64,000 bases of DNA from Mobula hypostoma (Eukaryota): positions 126,854,001-126,918,000 of the forward strand of contig NC_086097.1 of assembly GCF_963921235.1 (NCBI RefSeq). The letters are read 5' to 3'. Position numbers and translations under genes: made by a program. Positions 21,929-34,455 of this stretch are shown in pieces; positions within the stretch are counted from its first letter, which is position 1, and every line of letters starts with the position of its first letter. Below the pieces are notes generated by a model. The model searched no databases and was not told the origin of the DNA. It saw only the letters and a list, made by a program, of their open reading frames with translations.

Positions 21929-24900
21929 TTTTTAAAAGGGGGAGAGAAAAGGAGCTTCAAGACTTGTTTCTTGGCTGTTGGCAACTGCTCAGAATTAATG
22001 GGTGGAAATAATCACATAAAGTTTCATGTAGTTTTCTCTCTCCAGGACCTAATGGGGGTTTATGGTAAAAAGGGGATCCCAAAAGTTTGCAGTCTGCTTG
22101 GGGGGGGGGGGTTACAAATATACTGAATTATTTATTAAGGTGGATCTTGTATGGATCAAGGTCACTCACTGTATTGTTTAGATACAGTGGAGTAAGTCAA
22201 ACTGACAAGGAAACTGCTTTAACAGATCCATAAACCAAATGCTAAATGCGCCGTGACTTCTATTTTCTCCTGCAGCTACTTACTCTTTATAGTCGTACTC
22301 TTTTGTTTACTGTTCCATACTGTGTAACTCAGCAGAGGTTTGAATATGTTAAGTGTATTGCTCTTGTGAAGGTTTTGCAAGAGTTGATGTGGCAGTTTGC
22401 ATTAAGCCTGACTCACCTTAAAGAATGAAAACAGATTCTGGTCCTACCCCCGTGGCAGTGCTCGTTCTGCATGTCGCTGCACCATTCCTACTTTTGAGTG
22501 TGTCTGTATATGAAATCATTAGTTTGAGATTTGCTTCATAATGCTTAACTCTCTGCACTTGAAAGGACCCCCGGTCTCTTCACTTCATTCTTCACCGATT
22601 CAAGATGGTTTCTGTCATCCAGCTTTATTTTCTAGGACAACTGAGAACAGGTGTTAGTCCTGCGTACATTTTAGCTCAGCCCTAGCCAAGAGCACGTCAG
22701 AGATATGAAAATAATTGTTAAAGTCATTACATTTCCTTGCCAATCAAGTACACAAATATTACCCAGTGTTGTTTGAGATGCCATTGAACTTGGCACTGAT
22801 GCCAAGTTAATCAGTGAAAGGAAAGTGGTGATGGTATCAACGCCCCAGGAATTATATTTTTTTAAGTAGTGCGCAGCTGGAGTTGTTATGTTCCATTTTG
22901 TTTGGCTGGAATTTTGGGAAGAATGGTGATAGAAGGTGAAAAATGACAGATCAGGAAATATAATTGGGAATACAAACAAAGCTTCCTTATTTGGAAGGGA
23001 AGTGAAAATGTGGAACTTGCTTCTACAAGGAGTTGTTGGACTAGTGTGGGCATGTTTCAGGGCAGACAGGAATGGAGGACTGCCATAATAGATTCAGATA
23101 AGGAAGGAGGGAGGAAGCCCAAATGGAGGATAACCCCAAAAAGGAATGATTGGTCTGAATGACCCGTTTCTGTGCATATCTCTGGTGTCATCCTATGCAA
23201 TTTAATGATCAATTGAGATGTTTTAATCATTTATCAACGTCAAACGTAAACAATTACCTCAAAGGGAAGTAAATGCACATGCATCTCCATTTGGATTGGA
23301 TGAATTCTGAGGGAAGGGCAGGCACAAGAATGGAATAGAAATTATGTTGGAATGCTCAGGTGCTGCAGCTACCAAAGCTAACATCCAGATGACAACAGAA
23401 GATAGTCTCTGGGCCGTATCTGGCTAATTGAGATGAGAATGCAGTGCTGATTGTACCTCAGCAGCCAGACAGATCGCACCATATGGGAAAACAATTTCAA
23501 ACAGCCTGCCATATCAGTAATGCACAAACCATTTTAAAAAACGATGGATCAATAAAAGAGTATATTAAATGAAATTCTCACAGAAATCACATATGGAGGT
23601 GGATATCATTGAGACTTGATATATAGGAAGCGCAGAACAGGAAAGTGGGAAGATAAGGGAATGTGGTTTAGATGTCAAAGAAACTGAGTATGAGAGTTTT
23701 TTCAGTTGTATTTGACACTACTTGTGATAGCAATGGAATGAAGGATGAGGAAAGGTTCTGACGAAAATGACACATACAATATTCTGACAAAGGACATGTG
23801 ATCAAGTTTTATGCCACTGCATGTAATCCAGATGGCAGAAGTACAAATTTATTTGTGTATTTTAATCTGTTTTGATTATTGTATGTTAATTAGCTAACTT
23901 TCTAATGCTAGTAATTTAGTTATGCCCATAATCACTTGACCCTGAGTGGTTAAAAGACTCACTAAATTACATAGGAAATGTAGCACACCAAAAGGCCATA
24001 TGAGACAAACCGAGCTGCGGAATCCTACCTGAGCGACGTTTAGTGAAAGCACTCCTTGAATAATTTAAGCTGGAATAAAGCAAAAATAGAGGTGGTGAGG
24101 CAACATTTGGCTGGGAAACCAGCAACCAAAAGGTGCATTAGTGAACTGAGGTTGATAAACTTTGAGAGAGCTGCATTAGGACAAAGAAGTGGCTGATGTA
24201 AGGAGTTGCTAAATACACTGGAATCAAACCTCCTTTTATGATTTCTCAGTGCCTAAATGAAGAAATTCCGCCCTAAACAAAGAGAGAATGTCTAAACGAA
24301 TGACTTCATTGAAAATAATAAATATTCTTGATTAAAATGCAGTTTAAGATTATGGACGAGTTTTATTATTGTTTGAAGTTTCTGTAAGCAAAAATACATA
24401 AATATCTCTGGTTGCAAAAGACCATATATGTGTCTTATTTGGTGATTTGGAAGGAGAACATTTGGCTCATTGAATCTACACTGGTTCTCAGAACAATGTC
24501 ATCATTTCCATTTTCCCCACTTATTTTCCAATAACCTATACCCTCATGCCTATCAATGTTTTCCAGTTCACTTCTACCCAACTACAATAGGGGCAATTTA
24601 CTGTGGCCAATTAACCAACTAGCTCACGTTCAGGAAGAGTGAAGAAATTGGAACACACAAGGGAAACCCATGCTGTCTACATAGCAGACAGAGTCTACAT
24701 AGGAAGCTGCTGAAGTCTGGATTGAACCTGTCACTGGACTGACTGTGTCACAGCAGCATTATTTGTTGTACCATTGTATCACCTCGTTTCTAAATGAGTT
24801 GTGTAGTTTAAGGAGAGACAAGTCTCTCGAGTAACTAACTACTTTTTGGTGCCCTACCTTATTATTACTGGTTATTATGTTTCTTTGTGACACCTTAAAC

Positions 24901-25049
24901 TATCTGTCTGTAGTATTTTAGAGTTACAATAATGTTTTCTGATGCCATTTTAGTAGGATTTTGGTTCCTTGAGCAGCGCTTTTTAATAGATTAACAAAAT
25001 ACGAATGTGTATATCAATAAAATACTTGTTTTCTTTGTTTGTAGGTACA

Positions 25050-25137
25050 ATGAATTTGTGCATAATACGGATTTTAGTGGTTTGTTTGCAGTCTTATTTA
25101 TTTAGTGGGGCAGTGACGGATGAAGATGCACGAGCAG
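25050..25137 (+). CDS. col21a1: Collagen XXI alpha-1-like, first coding exon (signal peptide)
   Basis: Acceptor tttgtag at 25044, ATG 25050, MNLCIIRILVVCLQSYLFSGAVTDEDARA-G, donor gtgagg at 25138. Phase 1 matches the next exon. Confidence 0.8.
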
Positions 25138-25267
25138 GTGAGGACTTCTTGGAGTATCTCAGACCGACGTCAACCCAAAAGTATGAAATAACTCTTTGTC
25201 ATTAGTTGTTATTAAATTGGTTACCAAACGGTTAACTGACTGAATATTCTTGAAGTACATGTGACTA

Positions 25268-26135
25268 CAGTCGGCCCTCCTTATCCGCGAGGGATTGGTT
25301 CTGGGAGCCCTCGCGGATACCAAAAAACGCGGATGCTCAAATCCCTTATTCAACCTGTCTAGGGGTAGTGGGCATTAGGACCCGGTGGTGGAGCTCTGAA
25401 TCCGCAGTGTTTCTGTTCACGAAAGTAATCACAATCGCGATTTAAAATAAAGTGGCAATAGTAAAGTGATCGGAAAGAGATGAAATGTCATCAGTCATTG
25501 GAAAAGCGTTAGGCTACAGTCGGTCAACGATCGGAACAATTTTAAAGGATAAAGTGAGAAATTCCCTGCCCCGATGAATGCTACAATTATTACTAAGCAA
25601 CACAGTGGTTTAATTATTGGGTTTTGGGGTTTTGGGTTTTTGATCCTCCACATCAACCCGAAAGGGATGGACAGTGTACTTGGGAGTGATCTGTCACTGG
25701 ATCGAACTCAGGAATTTCCGTTCCCGAGCCCGGCGCTGAAGCATACGTTTCTTAAGTGTTTTATAAGCATAGAAAGGTAAAATATATGCTATATACTAAG
25801 ACAAACGTTTGACTAACTGACTCTAAATAATACTGGATGTACCTGTTCCGACTTACTTAGTAAGAGAACTTCCGGTTCTTTTTCGATCCCGATCCACGAT
25901 AACCTACACACATCCTCCCGTATACTTTAAATCATCTCTAGATTACTTATAATACCTAACACAATGTAAATGCTATGTAAAATACTTGTTATCCTGCATT
26001 GTTTAGGGAATAATGACAAGAAAAAAGTCTGTACATGTTCGAACAACAAGTGCTGGAAGAGCACTTCCGGGTTTCCTCGATTTGCGGTTGGCTGAATTCG
26101 CGCATGCGGAACTCGCGGATAAGGAGGGCCAACTG
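25268..26135 (+). mobile_element. Tigger/pogo-like non-autonomous DNA transposon in intron
   Basis: 24-bp TIRs CAGT(C/T)GGCCCTCCTTATCCGCGAG, TA TSD on both sides, HTH remnant GKALGYSRSTIGTILKDK at about 25500-25555. Confidence 0.9.
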
Positions 26136-26451
26136 TATATCCTTGAATATCCGAAGCACACTGGACATAGGTTATTGAATGTCTAAAATACAGGGTGACC
26201 AACATAACGGAAGGAACCTTGCAAGTATCAAATGATGCTCTAATCAATTGTTCCCCAGGCACACTCACATGGCTTTATACTTTATGGCTTCTGCCTAAGA
26301 AAATGAGGCCTATGGTGTTGTATTTGATCCTGTAAAATTATCTAATTTTAACATGCGATTTTAAAAGAAATGTTGACAGGAAAATGTATTTAACTGTTTT
26401 ATTGAATAGCACCATCAATTTTTACACAAATTTTTCCCTTTCTCTCAATAG

Positions 26452-27012
26452 GGTGCAGAACAGCAGTGAATGATTTAGTTTTCATCATGGATGGCTCTTG
26501 GAGTGTGGGATCGGATGATTTCGAAACAGCAAAGATGTGGCTGATTAATGTTACAAGTGGATTTAATATTGGACCTGAATATACACAAGTGGCTGTTATC
26601 CAGTACAGTGATACTCCACGTCTGGAAATTTCATTTGACCAGTTCCAGACGAGTAAACAGCTGATTGCTGGAATAGAAAGAATTAAATATCTTGGTGGAA
26701 ATACTCAAACAGGCCGTGCTATTAAATTTGCAACTGAGTCTGTTTTTCCGTCTTCACAAAGGACCAAGATGGCCAGAAATAAAATTGCTGTTGTTGTCAC
26801 AGATGGAAAATCTCAAGATGATGTTATGGATGCCTCTGTTGAAGCACGTGTAAAGAAAGTAATTCTATTTGCCGTCGGAGTTGGGTCAGAAATAACAGAA
26901 TCTGAACTTAAAACAATTGCCAACAAACCATCTACAACCTATGTTATGTTTGCAGAAGATTATAGCACCATAGAGAGAATTAATGAGGCTATGAGGCAGA
27001 AGATTTGTGAAG
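26452..27012 (+). CDS. col21a1: Collagen XXI alpha-1-like, VWA-domain exon
   Basis: ag|GGTGCAGA...GAAG|gtgaac, 561 nt. CRTAVNDLVFIMDGSWSVG...YLGGNTQTG...VVTDGKSQDDV...IANKPS...QKICE; MIDAS DxSxS/T/D intact. Confidence 0.95.
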
Positions 27013-29952
27013 GTGAACACTTTTTAAAAAATAATTTCAATTTACCTTGTAGCTGTGTGATTGCACATGGCTCTGTGAATATGTTGTGTGTTCAAGTTTA
27101 TGGGTGTAGCTTTTTCCAGTTTTGAGCAGCTGCATAGTGCAGACTTGAAATTATGCAACTCAAGAGCAGGCAGGAGAGAGCTACCAGGGTGTTATTTAGT
27201 CTGAACTGAACTTACTCAAAGCTAATTATGCAATGACAGAGGCAAAGGTTAGGAATCGCATTGTTTAATAGTAGATGGAGACTGTATGCTAGAAAGTGTC
27301 CCTGTGTGATGAAAGAAAGTGTTAATTTCCAAAATATAAATTGCTGCAGCACTTCCCAATCCATCATTACAGGTGGGAGTAAATTAAGGAGGCTCTCCAC
27401 CATTGAAACCTTTGATACTACCTCTGAACGTTCTTTGGTTCTCTTGATAATACGCATTGCTCCATATTACTTAATTGTACCATCGGCAAAAGTATGCTGC
27501 ACTGTTGATAGATTTTCATGAAGTACAACTTCGGATTTACAAACTAAAGGACTGAAAATCCTCCAACTACTTTGAGAAAGTGGGATAATAAAATGGAAAC
27601 TTACTTTTGGATTCGTGTTCGGCTTTCTTATCATTGGACGTCTTCCTGTTGCACTTGGTGTTAACCAATAAGGCACCATCAGGTTACTAGGTAGTCTGAG
27701 GAAGCTAGATGACTATGGCATAATTGCAGTTCACTCTAGTGCCATAAACCTCTGCAGATGGAGAAATTTTGTGTTGAATCTTCAAAGGAAACCTTTCAAG
27801 TATTGTGCATCCCAAGTTAGAGTACAAAACAATGATGTAGTTATGCTAAAAGAGCCACTCGGAAACAACCATAATGTGATTATATGTGGACATGGAACCA
27901 CCACTCACCTACACACTGGGGGGAATTTTGCAGTAGCTAGTTAACCTATTTCTAAGGTAGGGACATGTTCGGCACAGCTTTGTGGGCCGTAGGGCCTGTA
28001 TTGTGCTGTAGGTTTTCTATGTTTCTATCAACCTGCATGTCCTTGGGAGCTGTGGAACACCAAGAGGAAACATGGCATGGTCACAGAGAGAACAGGCATT
28101 CTCTTTGCAGATGGCATCTGAAGTCAGGATTGAACCCAGGTTACTAGAGTTGTGAGGCAATTGCTCTACCTGGTGAGCCACTGTACAGTTCCGTGCTTCT
28201 CCCCACTTACACATCTTGGCTCCATAATTAGCAATGAAAGTGAAACAGAGAAATGGTTAACAGTTCAAGTTTGAGACCCTTCACTAGAGAACTAGATCTT
28301 GTCTGAGACCAGAGCGAGTTTGAGACTCTTTGCTAGAGCACTGGACCTTGTCTGGGTCCTGAGATGTTAACTGTTTCTCTTTCCATGGATGCTGCCTGAC
28401 CAACTGAGTGTTTCCAGCATTTTGTTTTTGTTTCAGATTTCCAGCATCCTCGGTTTTTTTTTGACTTCCAGAGTTGCCAAACTGATGTTCTTCTTCACTG
28501 AGTGTTATTAATTCATTTTGAGAATGAAGGCATTCTGATTACTGAATTATTCCACTTATCCGTCATTGCTCTCCTCTCTTTCACACTTGCGTCGCACTGA
28601 AATACCTTGAAGGATATCCTTCAATGTATATGTTACCTACTTGCAGACTAGAACCAGTGGTTTCATCTTGTTGAGATTAGAAAACCTTTGATAGGCAGTT
28701 GAAAGACCAGGAAGCAACTTTTGGGGTAGTTATTAGAACAAAGTTGGTTTTAAAAAGAAATTCACATTATCGGGAGAATTGTCACTTGGAACAGTAGGAA
28801 TGGGGCACATTCCTGTGTCCTTGGACTTGCTTCTGATCGACTTTTGTTTTGCATATCCCTTACTTTACTATCCTTTATAATTCATGTATAATTTGTTCTG
28901 CATGTTGTTTGAATCTGAGTGCGTGTGATTCTGATGCCCACAAGCTTTCCATAGCACCTATACTTCATTGCATTTGTGCTTATGGCAATAGGCTTGATTT
29001 GATTTGACAAGTGGAACTAGTGGAGGACGGTGGGGGTGGGGGGGAGTGGGGAACAGTTGCTAAAATTACATCAGTGGGCTTTTTGCTACTTCCTGATTGA
29101 GTAAACTGCGCAACTGTTCTTATAACAGTGGACCCCTGCATAAAATTCAACAACCTTCCCCCATCCCAGCACCCTGAGAATCCAACTGCACCACTGACGT
29201 GCAGCCAAGATGAAAGTATGGATTTAGGCTATATATCAGCCAGCAACTGGCTGATTGCAACAAGAGGCCTGAGCCATTCAATAGGTCCCTGCTGTTTCTG
29301 CGTACCCACCTACAAATCCTTGTCTCTACAAATTTATGCTAAAAATCAAGTATATTTGAGAACAAAAGAGTTTCTTCAATCTAATCTGGCAAGCAGAAAA
29401 AAAATGCTTAAAATAAACTTGGCAGTATCCGTAAGAGCTCTTTTGTTGAGTAACTCTGATTTCTTGATGTCAAGGATTTCAATTTTAATATGGGGTGCAG
29501 GAAGTCTGTAAAAGTCCATGGATACATTTCTTTCAATATTCAGTTGAGGTATATCCTGTGCAAGGAAATTGGTGCCAGACAGCATGGAAGGAAATAGTGA
29601 TAATATTCTGGATCCACAAAGGCACTGATGTAAAACTACAACAATAAGAAAGATCCAGGAAAAATATTATTTCCACTTTGTTGGAACTTTATTCCTGCAG
29701 AAAACAGCTTATTTTCATCTGTATTTGAAATGTGTTTTGGTGAAACCTTATTGCAAATCCAAACAAAAACCTCCTTCAATAAAGAATGGAACATAGAACA
29801 ATGCAGAACAGGAACAGGGCCTTTGTCCCACATGTCTGTGCTGGACGCCATGCCAAATTAAAGTCATCTCTTCTCTCTGCATATGATTCATATCCCTCCA
29901 ATGCCTACATATTCATCTGCCTACCTAAAAGCCTGTTGAAGACCCCTTCATA

Positions 29953-30339
29953 CAGTACTGTGCAAAAGTCTTGAGCCTGCTAGATTTTTAGATGGTATGG
30001 CCTCCACAGAGCCCTGATTTCAAGATCATTGAGGCGGTCTGGGATTATCTGGAGAGACAAGTGAGTCAGCCAAGGTCCGTGGAAGAACTGTGGCAAGTTC
30101 TCCAAAATGCTTGGAACAACCTACCATATGATTTTCTTGTAAAACTGCACGATAGTGGTACCTAAGAGAATTGATGCAGTTTTAAAAGGGTGGTCACACC
30201 ACATATTGATCTGATTTAGTCTGTTACTACTTGTGACTCTTTATAGTAAATTTTCTGATATTTAGGAACATTTTATTAGTTTTGAAAACATCTTCACTTT
30301 ACAGAATTTTTTTACATGTGCCTAAGACTTTTACACAGT
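29953..30339 (+). mobile_element. Internally deleted Tc1 element nested in a CR1 3' tail (about 29787-30560, minus)
   Basis: TA|CAGTACTGTGCAAAAGTCTT left end, partial right TIR AAGACTTTTACACAGT, transposase C-terminus WPPQSPDFKIIEAVWDYLER. Confidence 0.8.
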
Positions 30340-30939
30340 TATCTGCTACCACTATCGCCTCTGGCAGTGTGTTCCAGAAGTTTGTGTAAACAAAAAAAGT
30401 TGTCCTCCATATGCCCCTTTAGACATTTCTCCCCCTCTTACCGTAATGCTATGCCCTCTAGTATTTAACATTATTGCCCTGGGAAAAATGATGCTGGCAG
30501 TCTGTCCTACCTGTGTGTCTCAATATTAGAAGCTCCTGTCTGGTCTCCCCTCAACCCCTTAATGGCAATTGCAAACTAACAAGTTGGTGAATATTTATCT
30601 CAACAACAACCATGTATCAAAACTAGGGTCAGCCTGCTTCTAGCATTTGTATGAAGTGGCTGTTTCAGACCTACCACAGCATTGAGACAAGCATCATTTC
30701 AGAAAAGTCTGATTGTTGTAGCCATTAACACATAAAGCCTCCTTGAAACTTAACTTGGATGGTGACATAGTCATGACCTGTACTGGCTTTTTCCACCACT
30801 GCTGGAAAGTCCTTTGGCTGAGGTAGGTTGTATGGCACAGAAATGTTTTTTTTAGCCCATGGAATCCATGCTGACCAACAAGCACCCATTGTACTAATCC
30901 CTTTGTATTTTCTTCCATTCCTATCAATTCTCCCCAGTC

Positions 30940-32630
30940 CCTCATGGGCAGCTCATCCAGAAGATTAAGATGCATAGGCTCAGTGGTGAGTTGGCCATTT
31001 GGATTCAGATCTGGCTTGCCCATAGAAGACAGAGGATGATGGTTGAAGGGACTTACTCTAGTTGGAGGTCTGTGATTAGTGGCAGTCTGCAGGGTTCTGT
31101 ACTGGGACCTCTGCTGTTTGTGATGTATGTAAATGACCACAAGTGCAAGTTTGTTTATTGTCATTCAACTGTACACATGTATACTGCCAAATGAAGCAAC
31201 ATTCCTCTGGACCAAGGTGCACAACACAGAACATATAACTCACATGTAACACAAAGTAAATATTAACACTAATAAATTAACAAATAATAAAGATGTATTT
31301 ATGACAAAAGTTTAAAAAGTGAACAGTATAATGCTACTGGTGCTTCATACATGATGACCTGGGTGGTGGCAGGGAGTTCAGTAGTCTCATGTCCTGGGGA
31401 AGAAGCTGTTTCCCATCCTAACAGTTCTTGTCCTAATGGTACCTCCTGCCTGCTGTTAGGGGGTCAAAGAGATTGTTGAATGGATGGGAGGGATCTTTAA
31501 CAATGCTAAGGGACTGCATATGCACAACTCATGATCAATATCTCCGATGGGTGGAAGAGAGACCCTGATGATCCTCTCTGCAGTCCATGCAATCCTTTAC
31601 AGGGACTTGCAGTCAGATGCCTTGCAATTCACATACCAGACAGTGATGCAGCTGGTCAGGACACTCTCGATGGTGCTCTTGTAAAAGTTGGTTAGAATGC
31701 TGGGGGGGGGGGTGCAGGGGAGGGGTGGGCACGGGAGGAGGACTCTCCCTAGCTTCATTCCCCTCAGGAAGTAGAGATGCTGCTGTGCTGTGACCTGGAT
31801 GAAAATGTAGGTGGGTAGCTTGGTAAATTTTCAGATGATATGGTGGTGTGGATAGTGTAGATGCCTGGCAAAAACTATATAGCAGAATATAGATCAGTTG
31901 CAAATATGGGCAAAGAAATAGCAGTTGGGGTTTAACCTGGCCAAATGTGAAGTGCTGCACCTTGATAGGTCAAATGTAAAGAGACAATACACTGTTAAGG
32001 GCAAGACCCTGAACAGTGTGGATGAGTAGAGGAATTTTGGGGTCTAGGTTCATGGCTCCCTGAAAGTGGCTACGTAGGTTGGCAGGGTGGTTAAGATGGC
32101 ATGCTTGTCTTTATTAGTCAAGGCAATGAATTCAGAAGTCAGTAAGTTGCAGCTTTATAAATCTGTAGTTAGGCTGCATCTGGAGTGTTGTATAGAGTTC
32201 TGGTTGGCTCATTATAGGAAGGATATTGAAGCTTTGGAGAGGGTGCAGGAGGTTTACTAGGATGTTGCCTCGATTAGAGGACATATGCCTTTTCTCTGGA
32301 GTGGTGGAGGCTGAGGAGAGATCTAATAGCATTTTATAAGATTATGTGCAGCATAGATAGAGCAGGCAGACAGTATCTTTTTCCCAAGGTTGAAATATCT
32401 GCATTGAAGGTGAAAGGGTACTTTTAAAGGAGATATAAGAGAACGGTAGGTGCCTGGAATGCGCTGCCTGAAGTGGTTGGTAGATGCAAGAAATGTGAGG
32501 AAAATGGGAGGATGTGGATATTGTGTAGACATGAGGGATTAGTTTATTTGGCCATTTGATTACTAATTTATTTGGTTGGGCACAACATTGTGGATCAAAA
32601 GGCCTCTTCCTGTACTGTACTCTTCTATTA
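30940..32630 (+). mobile_element. Degenerate CR1 fragment with nested minus-strand L2/Rex1-like fragment (about 31145-31780)
   Basis: WIQIWLAHRRQR...QGSVLGPLLFVMYVND breaks at 31137 and resumes gacctggatg near 31791. Confidence 0.75.
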
Positions 32631-33311
32631 CCTACATACTAGGGACTGCTTAGTAATCCATAACCTACCAGCCTGCACATCTTTAGGATGTGTGAGGAAA
32701 GTGGAGGAAGCCCACAGGAGAATGTACAAACTCTTTGCAGAAATCACTGGAGATCAGGGTTGTCCAGGAAACTATTCTGAACTGTGGTGTGAGAATACCT
32801 AATGCTCGGCACTTAACCTCCAGTCATCAATGTGGGATTGTGTCGGTTGTCTTGGATGCAAGTAAAAATATCTTATCACGAGTAGATAAGAAAAAACATT
32901 CTCCTGGGTAGCCCATCTACTGTTTACGTTTCAGCCATTTCTCTAAAACAGATTATTGAGTCTTTATCACATTATTGCTCACAATTCAGTATGAACTTCT
33001 ACCTTAAGTCCTTCTCTTGAATGGTCTTTTTAAGGACTATTGGCTTGACAACTTACTCCTGCACTGACATGTTTTTCCCATAAGTTCCTGAATATTGCAT
33101 GTGGCTGGTTCATTAGGATTTCCATTATGCACTTGCTAAGGGAAAGTTATACTTGGAAGAATTCAGATAAGTTTATCCTTAAGACAATGAAAGAGAGATT
33201 CCTTACAAAAGAAGACTATAATTATTTCACAGATAAAACAAAATACTTAAGATAAGTATGTGCTTAAAATGAGCAATTTTCCTCATTTTACATGATTTTT
33301 TTCCCTTTCAG

Positions 33312-33477
33312 AATCCGTGTGTCCCACAAAGATCCCAGTAGCTGCACGTGATGAGAAGGGCTTCGAACTAATGTTGGGCTTTAAAATACCTCAAAAAGCT
33401 CAGGAAATGACTGGATCATTAACAACCCAAATGGGTTTCCTATTGTCTGCCGAAATTGATGTGACTGAAAACACCAG
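33312..33477 (+). CDS. col21a1: Collagen XXI alpha-1-like exon (linker and start of TSPN)
   Basis: tttcag|AATCCGTG...ACCAG|gtataa, 166 nt. ESVCPTKIPVAARDEKGFELMLG matches COL21A1 ESVCPTRIPVAARDERGFD (recalled). Confidence 0.95.
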
Positions 33478-33899
33478 GTATAATTTACCTTTAAAAATGT
33501 AATTATCCACAGTACATCTCAGAATAGTCAGGTTTATGAAGAAATTGTGGGTTAAAAAAGCGTCAAAGCCTTGTAGTAATGTAGCAGGAAGATGGGCTCT
33601 GTAACTGGAAATTGCTCAACAACATGCTGTGCTGTAATTAATAGAGGTATTTGAGCATTTTTGTATGCTAATCAGAGATTAACATGCAGGTAAAGTTAGT
33701 TAGCAACACTAATGCTGTTGGAGACTAACAATGAGGAAATTTTGCAGTAATGATCTGGTCTCCCTGCCATGAAAGACTATACTTGTCTCAAAGCGGTACA
33801 ATGAAGGTTCGCTGGATTGATTGTGATTTAAGGATTGTCCTTGGAGAGAAGTTCAATTAGTGTAATAGTCTTTAAAAACTTTTAGAGTGAGGTGTGAGC

Positions 33900-34455
33900 T
33901 CATGAATCATAGAGCACTACAGCACAGAAACAGGCCCTTCAGCCCATCCAGTTCATGCAGAACCATTATTCTGCCTAGTCCCATCGACCTGCACCCAGAA
34001 GCTTTAGAGAACATGTCATTTGAGGACAGGTTGAGTTAACTAGAGCTTTTCTCTTTGGAGCGAAAGAGGATCAGAGGTGACTTGATAGAGGTGTACAAGA
34101 TGATAAGAGGCATTGATAGAATGGACAGCCAGAGAATTTATCCTAAGCATAAATGGGTGATGTAAGGAGGGCATCGCTTTAAGGTGATGGGTGTAAAGTA
34201 CGGGGGGGAGGGTGTGGAATATGTCAGAGGTTGTTTCTTTACATAGAGTGGTCAGTGCGTGGAATGTGCTGCTATTGGTGGCGGTAGCAGCATAAACATT
34301 AGGGACATTTAAGAGACGCTAAGATAGCGCTCCATTTTTCTTTCATCTGTATGCCTATATGGGATGGAAGGGTTAGATTGAGCTAAGAGTAGGTTTAAAG
34401 GTTGGTCAACATCGTGACCAAAGGGCTTGTACTGTGCTGTGTTGTTCTATGTTAT
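33900..34455. mobile_element. CR1 3' fragments in inverted arrangement
   Basis: Minus-strand tail (catagagcactacagcacagaaacaggccc) joined to plus-strand RGDLIEVYKMIRG...3' UTR. Confidence 0.65.

Noticed and set aside
26466..27125. Stand-alone 219-aa VWA protein from the ORF track
   Set aside because: It is an internal exon (26452-27012); the tail after ICE is intron read-through
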